A stretch of DNA of 46,859 nucleotides from Pseudomonadota bacterium. GTDB taxonomy: Bacteria > Desulfobacterota > DSM-4660 > Desulfatiglandales > B25-G16. Position numbers and translations under genes: made by a program. This document shows positions 25,473 to 34,538 of this stretch, one piece after another; position 1 is the stretch's first letter, and each line of letters starts with the position of its first letter. Location of the stretch: the NCBI GenBank assembly GCA_030603345.1, contig JAUVXZ010000002.1:1-46859 (forward strand), written 5' to 3'. A model generated the notes under the pieces. That model did not search any database, was not told the DNA's origin, and saw only the letters and a list, made by a program, of their open reading frames with translations.

Positions 25473-25652
25473 CTAATCGAGCAATTCTGTATATTGGCTC
25501 GGCCGTCTGTCCCTCCAGTAAGGGATTCTTTTTCTTGCTTCCACGACCTCATCTAGATCAATCTCGGCTCCAACGACCTCTTCCTTATCGGGGGGGCCTG
25601 TTACCAGTATCTCACCGCCTAGTGGATGGATAACCATAGATCGCCCCGTATT
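25473..25652 (-). pseudogene. Relic of the C-terminal ~59 codons of a carbon-nitrogen hydrolase (nitrilase-superfamily) gene
   Basis: The minus-strand frame reads 'NTGRSMVIHPLGGEILVTGPPDKEEVVGAEIDLDEVVEARKRIPYWRDRRPSQYTELLD*', preceded by TAA-TGA stops. This matches the C-terminal architecture of the intact C-N hydrolase at 44818-45675 ('GDSIICDPSGKIIASGEERENEVVSAVINLEHVDSARIESGVFRDLRPEIYHRL'). It is too short and Met-less to appear in the ORF track. Confidence 0.6.
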
Positions 25653-25766
25653 TCATTACTGGCCTCCCTTCGAAATTGGCATTAAGAACCTTAACATCGT
25701 TTCAGGAAGCGCGTCAAACTGAGGCCTCGTTGAGTTTCTTATGGTTGGCGCATTCCCGTATTTCCA

Positions 25767-26468
25767 TTACCCGAAGGCCTGTGGGCCAAGTTTTGATCTC
25801 AGCTCTTCCATCACCTCTTCGGAACTTCGTACTTTTCCGAACAGCCTCTGGAAAGTTACCAGGGTTGCCTCATGATACTCAGGCTGGGAGGCCCCGCACC
25901 CATCATCGACTAATACACACCGAAATCCCCTGTCCGCCGCCTCACGGGCCGTGGTTTCCACACACATGTTGGTCGAAACACCAGTGAAAAGCAGATATCT
26001 CAAGCCTCTCGCCCACAGGATGGAATCTAAATTCGTTGAGCTGAAGGCGCCTATGGCTGTCTTGTTGATAACCGTTTCTCTGGGTTTCGGTCTGATTTCT
26101 TCTAAGATACTGTTTTCCGGCGTTCCCACCCTATTGTTGCACGATTGAAGCAGCATCTTTACATGGGGCAATGCGTCACTGTAGTCAGGTGAGCGTGATC
26201 CCATGGTCAAATAAACGACCACCTGGTGGTGTTTCCGAAAGAATGAGAGCAATCGTTGGATGGTTGGAACAACAACACCTTCGATGCGATCGTATCGGTA
26301 TTTGGCCAGATTATCCTTTCCTTGTTCCCGGAGCAGTCTTCCTAAACCTGTTTTTCTGCTTGCCGTGGCATATTGCATATCCACTAAAATGAGAGCCGTA
26401 GAACTTGCTTCTAGTTCAAAATCGGTGGTGAATTCGGCAATATAATCATTTCTAACACTGGGGATCAT
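25767..26468 (-). CDS. Isochorismatase-family cysteine hydrolase (amidase/ureidoacrylate-amidohydrolase-like)
   Basis: 'ALILVDMQYA' carries the catalytic Asp region and 'TGVSTNMCVETTAREA' the catalytic Cys region. 233 aa, with AAGGGGG upstream. Confidence 0.8.
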   Translation of the reverse strand: MIPSVRNDYIAEFTTDFELEASSTALILVDMQYATASRKTGLGRLLREQGKDNLAKYRYDRIEGVVVPTIQRLLSFFRKHHQVVVYLTMGSRSPDYSDALPHVKMLLQSCNNRVGTPENSILEEIRPKPRETVINKTAIGAFSSTNLDSILWARGLRYLLFTGVSTNMCVETTAREAADRGFRCVLVDDGCGASQPEYHEATLVTFQRLFGKVRSSEEVMEELRSKLGPQAFG

Positions 26469-26570
26469 CTTCTAACCCCCTTCATTTTATTGAGATATTA
26501 CCTCGAACCCTCTTACCTCTGAGTGAATAAATCCATGGCCGCAGAATCGTCGCATAACCAAAAACAAAGG

Positions 26571-27404
26571 CTATTCTGCGCGATTCTTTGCCTTTTTATA
26601 AATGCAAGCTCGATGAAATTTGCATTTTTCATGTGGGGCGGCGCATTCGGGAAGCGACTCAGGAACCCCGCTTACCCCCGTATCTTTGACAGAGGAGATG
26701 ATTTGAAATACCTTCTCAACATCTTCACTCTCTCCTTCAACGACCATCGTTGTGGCTCCCTCGGCTCCAAAGATGCCGCCTTTTCCGATGACGGTGCACG
26801 TTACATCTCCGAGGAGAGGAATGGCATCTTTTTCGCTGATAATTCTTCCCACAACAGGGGTTAAACCCACAGCCATACCCATAGAGACATCAATGCTCTT
26901 CCTCCCCGATTGCTGAATAATATCTATAAGTGATCCGGGGACCAATTTTTCCAAACCGGCAGCAACAATAATATCGCTTATCTCTGCCATAAGCCCTGAA
27001 ATAATTTTGCCAGGTTCAGCTCCCATAGGAGCTCCATACATAAGGGCTGCATTTCCAAATGCGTCAATTGCGTTTGCACCTATTATGGCAACGTCCTCAG
27101 CTTCGAGCTTTTCGATGGTTTGTTCTAATAACTCGTCTACAGAGAGCAATTTCCCCCTCTCAATCAAGGCACAATGGAACTCGCGACTAGAGAGTTGAGA
27201 CGTCTTGGTCCCTTGGGGAGTGACTCTACCCGAAATGCGTAGCGGCTTTCCCGCAAGTTCTTCGCTAACAGCGGAGACTGTTGTTCCTCCTTTGAGAAAG
27301 ATTTTCCCCGATTTCAATGCCCTTTGAACAGAGGGAAGCCTTGCAATTCCTTTGGCAATGATCCTCTTCGATTCATTGACGGTTAGGGTTACTTGGATCC
27401 TCAA
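26571..27404 (-). CDS. Conserved-looking hypothetical protein (277 aa), function unknown, Cys-containing C-terminal tail
   Basis: TTG start 5 nt after AGGAGG. The composition is globular and Gly/Ala-rich ('IGANAIDAFGNAALMYGAPMG', 'VIGKGGIFGAEGATTMVVEG'). The tail is 'ECAAPHEKCKFHRACIYKK'. I recognise no family by eye. Confidence 0.5.
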   Translation of the reverse strand: MRIQVTLTVNESKRIIAKGIARLPSVQRALKSGKIFLKGGTTVSAVSEELAGKPLRISGRVTPQGTKTSQLSSREFHCALIERGKLLSVDELLEQTIEKLEAEDVAIIGANAIDAFGNAALMYGAPMGAEPGKIISGLMAEISDIIVAAGLEKLVPGSLIDIIQQSGRKSIDVSMGMAVGLTPVVGRIISEKDAIPLLGDVTCTVIGKGGIFGAEGATTMVVEGESEDVEKVFQIISSVKDTGVSGVPESLPECAAPHEKCKFHRACIYKKAKNRAE

Positions 27405-27583
27405 TTTCTCCTCCTAGGTTAATGCCTACTCTGTTCATTTTTTATGAAACCCATAACCTGAATGCCCCGAGCGCCCTGCGGCAGGGTAGCTGAGCATTTA
27501 GAAAAGAGATATAGTCTTATACCGACTCTCCCCTATTATTTGTCAAAACTTCAGTGATTCGGCGTCCTTTGACTTTAGAAATT

Positions 27584-28564
27584 CTAGCCCTGGGACTTGT
27601 TCTGGAAGGTTGCTGTAGAACTATAAAGCAAGGCATAACTTAGATGTCTCCCTTTAAGAAAAGCTCTAATAATATCAAGAGACAGAATAGCCCAGTTGCG
27701 TAAATACTTAAGATATAGATGGATGAAAAGAAGCATATCCGTTATGAGGGCAAATACCATATGAATTAACATGATTAAAGCGAGAAATGATGCATTGATG
27801 TATCCGTAATCTAATCCGAGCCACTGGATAACCCCGGTTATACCAAGGACTGGCAACATGACGCAGACAACGTAGAGATACCATGCCTTTTGGCCTGGAT
27901 TAAACTGTACTCTGGGAGGCATCGGGTATTTCTTACTGTTTCCTATATGCTGTACTAACGCTTTCAGCCAATCCCAATCCGTTCTCTCCCATTGAGAAAC
28001 CTTGCGTAAGAAACGAAACAGATGTCTTTTGTCCAATACGAAATACAGAACAGGCATAAAAAGGAGGAGGAAAACGCCCAGTATTCGATGTGCCCAGCGT
28101 ATGATGCTGATCTCTTGAGCTGGAAGAAAATTAGAATAGTGCATTAGCGTTATCCCACTTATGGCCAGGGAGATTATGATACCGGCTGTAAGGAGGTGGA
28201 CAATCATCTCACCCCGCCTGAAGGCTGATGCATACTCCTTTATCGGTTTGCTCACCTGGGGGCATGCCACTACGCATTTGTAGCACCGCCTGCACTCTTG
28301 GCCAACCATGTTCTCTAGAGCCATGGATGTGCGCTGATTTTGCACAAATACAAAGCGGTATTCTTCCTTAACTACAGGACATGTATCGACACAATTCCCG
28401 CACGCTATACATCCCATATCGCCAATAATATCATCGGGAACAAAAAGCCTAGCATTCACGCTTATTCCCTCAGAAAACAGACGCATCCGTGCTACAGGAC
28501 ATTCTGTTTCATCTAACAATAAATCCATTATTTTTGTATTCAATTTCATTGGGAATAGTGGCAC
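27584..28564 (-). CDS. Fusion protein: N-terminal 2x[4Fe-4S] ferredoxin domain plus C-terminal multi-TM cytochrome b-like domain (FdnI/TcuB-like membrane electron-transfer module)
   Basis: 'CIACGNCVDTCP' and 'CRRCYKCVVACP' are followed by about 4-5 TM helices with conserved-looking His ('RWAHRILGVFLLLF', 'MLIHMVFALITD'). GTG start 6 nt after GGAGG. Confidence 0.65.
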   Translation of the reverse strand: MPLFPMKLNTKIMDLLLDETECPVARMRLFSEGISVNARLFVPDDIIGDMGCIACGNCVDTCPVVKEEYRFVFVQNQRTSMALENMVGQECRRCYKCVVACPQVSKPIKEYASAFRRGEMIVHLLTAGIIISLAISGITLMHYSNFLPAQEISIIRWAHRILGVFLLLFMPVLYFVLDKRHLFRFLRKVSQWERTDWDWLKALVQHIGNSKKYPMPPRVQFNPGQKAWYLYVVCVMLPVLGITGVIQWLGLDYGYINASFLALIMLIHMVFALITDMLLFIHLYLKYLRNWAILSLDIIRAFLKGRHLSYALLYSSTATFQNKSQG

Positions 28565-28578
28565 GCTCTTCCTCCATT

Positions 28579-29973
28579 CTACATAGTAGCTCGGTTTAAG
28601 CCTGGTGTGATAAGAAGGGCCATATAATCAGAAACACTTTTCAAAGACTCAAAGCGCCACGTCGCTTGAATGATTTCGTCCATGTGCTGTTTAGTCATGC
28701 GCTCCTCAGCATTGGCGTGAAATTTGGCGACGATCTCATCGTCTGTCAAGGGATCTTCAGGATCTCCCTTGGCCACATCAGTTTGGGCAGTGTATTGTTG
28801 ACCGCTTGCCGTGGTGATAGTCACTCGGGCGCGTTTTATGTTCGGGAACAGTGCATCGATTTCAGGATTAGCCACAACCTTAATCTTCTTCGTCAGACCC
28901 CTAAGCTCTGGATCACGCAGTCTTTGGTCGCTAAACGAGGTTGGTAAAATTTTACCATCCAAGACAGCAGCTGCTATCACATAGGGAAGACTGTGGTCAG
29001 CTGTCTCCTTAGTATCTGGCGCGTATTTTCCGGGGTCAGCGAGGATGTCAGCAGTACGAGTAGTTGTTTCGACCACGATATCGCTTACGTCATCAGCCAC
29101 AATACCATATTCAGTGCAAACCTTTAACGTAGCAGTAATCGGCTCGTGGGTGAGTTTCATGGTGGGGAAAGGTTTGTGGCTGCATCGAGTAATCAAGAAC
29201 TCCTTGCCAAGCCCGCGCAGCAGTTCATTGGTGTTCCACCGGACATGGTTCAGCACCTCTATCAGACCTTCTTTACCCTCGATTACCTCCACGGGTCCGG
29301 TGTATCCTTCTCGGGCCATCAGGGCTGCGCAGACACCTGCCTGGGCTGCCATTGGGTCTGCCGTGTTTTTCATATTCGTCAGATGACCGGCTACGACACC
29401 ACCCAGCGTGAAATGGCTGCACCCGCTAATGCCGACCGCGGCAACTAACTGGTCAATGTCCAGGTCGTACAATCTTCCTGCAACCAGAGGACTGACAAAT
29501 TGCGTCAAGGAGGCATGGTGCCAACCAACCTCGCGGATACCTGGTTCAGCAGCATGGCACCAGCGCATCTCTAACTCATAGCCAAGTATAATGGCCAGCA
29601 GTGCATCACGTCCCGTCTTTCCATTCGCCTCTGCTACTGCCAAGGCGGTACCGATGAGGTCAGACGGATGACTCGGGTCTTGTTGCCAGTAGCTATCGTT
29701 ATAATCGAGTGCCCGAATAAGGAGGCCATTCATCAGGGCTGCGTTGAGGGCATTGGTGCGTATGTCTCTTCCAATCACTGTCGCCTCTGGGATGCCACCC
29801 AGCTTCTCGATAAACCGATACACGGCTTGCATGTCTTCATTCCCTACTGCTGCCAATGCACAACCCACGCTATCAAGCAGGGAACGCTTGGCTGTATGCA
29901 CGGCTTCGTGCGGGATATCTTCGAATTGCAAAGCATGCACAAATTCGGCCATTTTTCGACTTATGGATATCAC
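28579..29973 (-). CDS. MmgE/PrpD family protein, paralogue 6 (2-methylcitrate-dehydratase-like subtype, pairs with paralogue 1)
   Basis: 464 aa with a GTG start after AGGAAGGG. Motifs: 'FEDIPHEAVHTAKRSLLDSVGCALAA', 'ALDYNDSYW', 'KETADHSLPY'. Confidence 0.85.
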   Translation of the reverse strand: MISISRKMAEFVHALQFEDIPHEAVHTAKRSLLDSVGCALAAVGNEDMQAVYRFIEKLGGIPEATVIGRDIRTNALNAALMNGLLIRALDYNDSYWQQDPSHPSDLIGTALAVAEANGKTGRDALLAIILGYELEMRWCHAAEPGIREVGWHHASLTQFVSPLVAGRLYDLDIDQLVAAVGISGCSHFTLGGVVAGHLTNMKNTADPMAAQAGVCAALMAREGYTGPVEVIEGKEGLIEVLNHVRWNTNELLRGLGKEFLITRCSHKPFPTMKLTHEPITATLKVCTEYGIVADDVSDIVVETTTRTADILADPGKYAPDTKETADHSLPYVIAAAVLDGKILPTSFSDQRLRDPELRGLTKKIKVVANPEIDALFPNIKRARVTITTASGQQYTAQTDVAKGDPEDPLTDDEIVAKFHANAEERMTKQHMDEIIQATWRFESLKSVSDYMALLITPGLNRATM

Positions 29974-30021
29974 GGCATACCCTTCCTTATCAAATATTGC
30001 AAGACTGTCTGCGTCCTATCT

Positions 30022-31140
30022 TTACAGCCTTTCAGCTACTGCCTTTGCCATGTCAATGGTGGAATTGGTTCCACCCATATCGTAGGTCCTTACCTTGGCC
30101 TCGGCGATCACCCCCGCGATGGCTCCTTCAAGTTTCTGAGCTTTGTCCCTCTCCCCCAGCCAGTCGAGCATCAGCTTGATGGTGAGCAACATAGCAGTTG
30201 GGTTGACCTTGTGCTGCCCCGCATATTTGGGGGCAGAGCCGTGGGTTGGTTCAAATATAGCGAAGTTGTCTCCAATGTTGCCGCTTGAGGCAAATCCTAA
30301 TCCTCCGACCAGCTGAGCTGCAAGATCCGAGAGAATATCGCCGAACATATTACTCGTCACTAACACACCATAATTGTTAGGATTTTTAAGCAACCACATC
30401 ATCTGTGCATCGATGTTGGTTTCCCACAGCTCAATCTCGCTGTAGTCTGAAGCCACTGTGCGTGCCTCTCGGATCATGAGGCCGCTCGTCTCGCGCAAAA
30501 TATTTGGTTTTTCAACCACTGTGACTGTTGGATAGCCAAACCTCCTGGCGTACTCAAATGCCTGACGCATTATACGACGGGCACCGTTCTGGGTAATTAC
30601 CCTGAGGCTAACTGCAATTTCGTCGGCAGGTATGTCTTTGAAGCGACCCATGGAGGGGCTATACTGCATAAGCTTTTCACGCACTTCATCTGGCAATGGG
30701 TAGAATTCTACGCCGCTGTATAATCCCTCGGTATTCTCCCGGAAGATAACCAAATCAATGTCGTCTCGATAGTTGAGTGGGTTGCCCTGGTAAGCTTTGC
30801 ACGGACGCAGGTTCGTGTACAGGTCGAACATCTGCCGGAGGGTCACAATTGGGCTACGGTACGTTAATCCTCTATTGTGTAACTGTGGGGCTAACTCCTT
30901 ATTTGCGTCGTTTTTGGGTTTTGAGGTGATAGCACCAAAAAGCGCGCAGCTACATGTTTTCAAAATATCGATTGTCCGCTCGGGTAAAGGATTACCCTCA
31001 GTGCACCAAAACCTCCACCCGATATCGGCTGGAATATATTCATCATCCAGATCCAGCGTTTCAAGCACCATTCGAGCGGCCTCCATCACGTCTTCACCAA
31101 TTCCGTCGCCAGGCATTAAGACAATCCGGTACTTACTCAT
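30022..31140 (-). CDS. Isocitrate/isopropylmalate/homoisocitrate/tartrate dehydrogenase family (beta-decarboxylating dehydrogenase)
   Basis: 'MSKYRIVLMPGDGIGEDV' at the N-terminus and the family signature 'NMFGDILSDLAAQLVGGLG'. 372 aa, with AGGAGG 9 nt upstream. Confidence 0.85.
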   Translation of the reverse strand: MSKYRIVLMPGDGIGEDVMEAARMVLETLDLDDEYIPADIGWRFWCTEGNPLPERTIDILKTCSCALFGAITSKPKNDANKELAPQLHNRGLTYRSPIVTLRQMFDLYTNLRPCKAYQGNPLNYRDDIDLVIFRENTEGLYSGVEFYPLPDEVREKLMQYSPSMGRFKDIPADEIAVSLRVITQNGARRIMRQAFEYARRFGYPTVTVVEKPNILRETSGLMIREARTVASDYSEIELWETNIDAQMMWLLKNPNNYGVLVTSNMFGDILSDLAAQLVGGLGFASSGNIGDNFAIFEPTHGSAPKYAGQHKVNPTAMLLTIKLMLDWLGERDKAQKLEGAIAGVIAEAKVRTYDMGGTNSTIDMAKAVAERL

Positions 31141-31228
31141 TCACATGCACCTCCTTGTGGCCCTTTCTGCTTGATGGCATAAAACTGGAGTGTAGAGATT
31201 TAAAACCTCTCCGTATTTTGCAATGTAT

Positions 31229-31726
31229 TTACCTTGCTGCCAATTTTTTTCGCGTATAGGCGATGAGCCCCCCTGCCTCAAAAATACCCATCACCGTTTC
31301 TGGCAAGGGCGGAAACCGAAAAGTGCCAGCTCCACACCGAATTTCTCCGGCTGCCAGATCCAGCTCAACCATCTCCTTATCCTGGATCACATCTACCGCC
31401 TCCGGACAAGTGAGCACGGGCAATGCAGTGTTCAGGCAGTTCCGATAATGAATGCGGGCAAAGGATTTCGCAATAATTGCACCCAAGCCATTCTCTTTGA
31501 GGCAGGTAGCTGCCTGCTCACGGGAAGATCCACAGCCCCAGTTCTTCCCGGCTACTATGATGTCGTTCGGTTTCACCTCTTTGACAAAGCGTGGGTCCAG
31601 ATCTTCGAGCGCATGTTTTGCCATTTCTGCAGGATCGTTGATGGTGTAGGTATATTTGCCAGCAAAAATCACGTCGGTGTTGACATCATCACCGTATTTC
31701 CAGACACGACCCCGAATAACGCTCAT
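31229..31726 (-). CDS. Aconitase-superfamily dehydratase small subunit (LeuD/HacB-like, short archaeal-type)
   Basis: 165 aa. Motifs '[11 protein letters not shown]' and '[13 protein letters not shown]'. The start overlaps the large-subunit stop (ATGA). Confidence 0.85.
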   Translation of the reverse strand: MSVIRGRVWKYGDDVNTDVIFAGKYTYTINDPAEMAKHALEDLDPRFVKEVKPNDIIVAGKNWGCGSSREQAATCLKENGLGAIIAKSFARIHYRNCLNTALPVLTCPEAVDVIQDKEMVELDLAAGEIRCGAGTFRFPPLPETVMGIFEAGGLIAYTRKKLAAR

Positions 31727-32991
31727 CCTCTGCCCTCCTGGAGATACCGTGGATGTATAATGGCTCCTGCAACTGCCGAGGCCGCTACTACCTCTGGGCT
31801 AGCCAGGTAGACCTCACTCTCTCTGGTTCCCATCCGGCCTTGAAAATTACGGTTAGCGCTGCTAATAATTACCTCACCTACCGCCGGAATACCCATATGA
31901 TTTCCCATGCATGGCCCGCAGCCGGGGCTTTGAACCATCGCACCGGCTGCCACAAAGGTCTCGATGTAGCCTGCCCTCAACGCGTCAAGGTACACCTCTG
32001 AGGATGCGGGGATCACGATCATGCGCGTCCCAGGGGCAATGCGTCTACCTTTAAGGACTGCGGCTGCGGCTCCTAAGTCCTCAAGACGTCCATTAGTACA
32101 CGTGCCAAGAAAGGCCTGGTCGATATGTAATCCCGCTATTTCTGAAAGGGGCTTCACATTGTCGACGGTATGGGGACAGGCAATCACTGGCACTATGGTG
32201 GACGCATCGTATTCGACAATCTTTGTATAGGACGCATCAGGGTCTGGATATACAGGTTCGTACTGACGATTGGACCGGTCTTTGAGGAAAGAGAAGACCT
32301 TCTGGTCGGGCGGTATGTAACTGTTTTTTGCACCCATCTCAGCAGTAATATTGGGCAATACTGCCTGCTGACTTAGGTCTAAGGCCTCGATGGCCTCTCC
32401 ATGCCACTCGACCGACATATACAGCCCGCCATCAGAACCCAGCTCACCAATGATATGAAGCGCCAAATCTTTTGCCGTGACGCTAGGCGAGAGTTTTCCA
32501 TGGACTATGATCTTTAGACTCTCGGGTACGCGCAGCCAGAGTTCACCAAGTGCCCAAATGGAGGCCATCTCGCTCCGGCCAATACCAGCGCCAAACGCAC
32601 CCATAACTCCTGCATGGGTTGTGTGGGAATCAGAACCCAATACTACCTCTCCAGGCAGAGCCAAACCCTCCTCAACAAGTACCTGGTGGCACACTCCCCG
32701 GCCTACATCGAAGAAGTGCTCAACTCCCTGCTCTTGCACAAACTCACGGACGATACGATGGTTTTCAGCATGCTCAGTCGTGGGAGCGGGTGTGGCGTGG
32801 TCAAGGATGATGGCATGCACCTTTGGATTAAAGACCTTTACGCCGCCCATCTTTTCAAAAATACCTCGGATTGCTGCTGTGTTATCATGCGAGAGCGCTA
32901 TGTCAGGGCTTATCTCAACGATCTGGCCGGGGACCGTTTTTGCTAACCCAGCTTTCTCTGCCAGGATTTTTTCGGCAAATGTTTGGCCCAT
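31723..32991 (-). CDS. Aconitase-superfamily dehydratase large subunit (LeuC/HacA-like)
   Basis: '[10 protein letters not shown]' plus the FeS Cys ligand regions 'CTNGRLEDL' and 'PGCGPCMGN'. I prefer the ATG at 32991, 4 nt after GGGGAG, over the track TTG at 33015. Confidence 0.85.
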   Translation of the reverse strand: MGQTFAEKILAEKAGLAKTVPGQIVEISPDIALSHDNTAAIRGIFEKMGGVKVFNPKVHAIILDHATPAPTTEHAENHRIVREFVQEQGVEHFFDVGRGVCHQVLVEEGLALPGEVVLGSDSHTTHAGVMGAFGAGIGRSEMASIWALGELWLRVPESLKIIVHGKLSPSVTAKDLALHIIGELGSDGGLYMSVEWHGEAIEALDLSQQAVLPNITAEMGAKNSYIPPDQKVFSFLKDRSNRQYEPVYPDPDASYTKIVEYDASTIVPVIACPHTVDNVKPLSEIAGLHIDQAFLGTCTNGRLEDLGAAAAVLKGRRIAPGTRMIVIPASSEVYLDALRAGYIETFVAAGAMVQSPGCGPCMGNHMGIPAVGEVIISSANRNFQGRMGTRESEVYLASPEVVAASAVAGAIIHPRYLQEGRG

Positions 32992-33071
32992 TAAACTCCC
33001 CTCTTTTGTACACAATTGTGGCTTTTCAACTGGTTACCTAGAGGTTTAAGCGTACTGACTTAGCAGCGAGG

Positions 33072-33608
33072 TTACTGGTACCTGGTCAAATCAAAATCGG
33101 TAAAATCAGCGTGGTGAAAGATGATTGCCTCTGGCCTGCGTTTGAACCTGTCACCTTCCCACGAATGCGTCGCAACTACGTGCATCACCGCCTCGGGAAT
33201 TCCATGCTTGAAGCAAAGGGCGACCCCTGTGAAGGGGTGGCGCAAGTACTGGTACATACTGGCCCACTTGTATTTGTTGCCTTCCTTGCGGAACTCCATC
33301 AGCTTACCCACATCGGCCAGCAATGCACCTGCTATTAGTGTGTCTTTGTCGATTCGGTACCGGTCTCCATATGACTCTTTGAGGACATGCTCCATTACGA
33401 TGCACAGGCGGCAAACCGTTTTTACATGTTGAGCAAAGGTAATATCAACCTTCTCGATAAGTAGGGTATACGGCATTTGGCCCAAATCATCCACTGTCCA
33501 ACCACCAATCTCCATTGCCTCTTGCCATACCGCAAGTACCCGCTGGCGCAGGTCTTCGTCCTGGATGGCATTGAATTCAGGAATTAGTTTTGTTAGTTGA
33601 GCCGTCAT
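33072..33608 (-). CDS. HD-domain superfamily protein with a variant motif ('LLADVGK')
   Basis: 178 aa. 'FAQHVKTV...' followed by 'GALLADVGK' occupies the place where canonical HD proteins have 'LLHDIGK'. Later His residues occur in 'VVATHSWEGD' and 'IFHHADF'. Confidence 0.6.
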   Translation of the reverse strand: MTAQLTKLIPEFNAIQDEDLRQRVLAVWQEAMEIGGWTVDDLGQMPYTLLIEKVDITFAQHVKTVCRLCIVMEHVLKESYGDRYRIDKDTLIAGALLADVGKLMEFRKEGNKYKWASMYQYLRHPFTGVALCFKHGIPEAVMHVVATHSWEGDRFKRRPEAIIFHHADFTDFDLTRYQ

Positions 33609-33649
33609 TTCCTATCTCCGTAGCCGCTTGGATTAGAGCAAACAATGCC

Positions 33650-34513
33650 CTATCCACTGAGTGACACAGTGGCCTTTCTGGGTTCAAAGCAACAACAGGG
33701 CCTCACACTCACAATACGAACGCCACTTGCCCTCAAAGGACCAACCTTGATAAACGTTCCAAGAGCCGTGGTATTCCCTCCTAATCCAAGAGGCCCGACT
33801 CCTGTTGAATTGATCATTTCTGTTACCTTTTTCTCCCAATCGTTCTGGCGATTTAAGCTACCCTCTTTCATTGCCTCTAACATAAGCGCCGAGGCCTCCA
33901 GGTGGGTTCTCCCGATTGCCATGGCTGGAACACACGGAGTACAACCGAGATTTTTCACTTCAGATGTGACCCAGCTTGCTGCCTCATCCAGGACAACATC
34001 TATACTCCGTCTGTGAAATACACGGTATGTCTTAGCCCTGATCTCTGGTCCACCCCCTAGCAGCAAAACCGTTATCTTGAGCTTATTTTTTGCAGCCGGC
34101 TTTACGATCACGGGTGCTAGCAATACTTTACCAGGATCTCTGAATAAACCCTTTGACTGCTCAATCCTTTCAATTGGATTGCCCTTAACAGCCATAGGCC
34201 TTCCAGGCATGGCCCGTAAGCCCTGGATCACGCCGTCGCTGAGCGCTGTCACCCAATCATTGGGAAGGGTCACCTCATCACCGATTTCCACAAAGACGTG
34301 GGGTATTCCGGTATCATCGCACAGGGGAAGGGCATTCTTCTCGGCTATGTAGGCATTTTCTAAGATTCTTTCAAGTGCCCACTTTGCGTTTGGATTATTC
34401 TCTATCCGAATGGCATTTCGATAGGCCTGCAGTTGATCTCCTCGAAAGGTCGTACCCGCCTTTACCACACAATGCTTCACTGCCTCTACTATGTCCCCAC
34501 GGCTTACAGTCAT
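33650..34513 (-). CDS. Fe-S hydro-lyase, class I fumarase / L(+)-tartrate dehydratase alpha-type subunit
   Basis: 'LCDDTGIPHVFVEIG' corresponds to the 'CQDTG' cluster-ligand region of class I fumarate/tartrate hydratases. 287 aa. Confidence 0.8.
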   Translation of the reverse strand: MTVSRGDIVEAVKHCVVKAGTTFRGDQLQAYRNAIRIENNPNAKWALERILENAYIAEKNALPLCDDTGIPHVFVEIGDEVTLPNDWVTALSDGVIQGLRAMPGRPMAVKGNPIERIEQSKGLFRDPGKVLLAPVIVKPAAKNKLKITVLLLGGGPEIRAKTYRVFHRRSIDVVLDEAASWVTSEVKNLGCTPCVPAMAIGRTHLEASALMLEAMKEGSLNRQNDWEKKVTEMINSTGVGPLGLGGNTTALGTFIKVGPLRASGVRIVSVRPCCCFEPRKATVSLSG

Positions 34514-34538
34514 CGATTACGCTGCCACCTCCATAACC

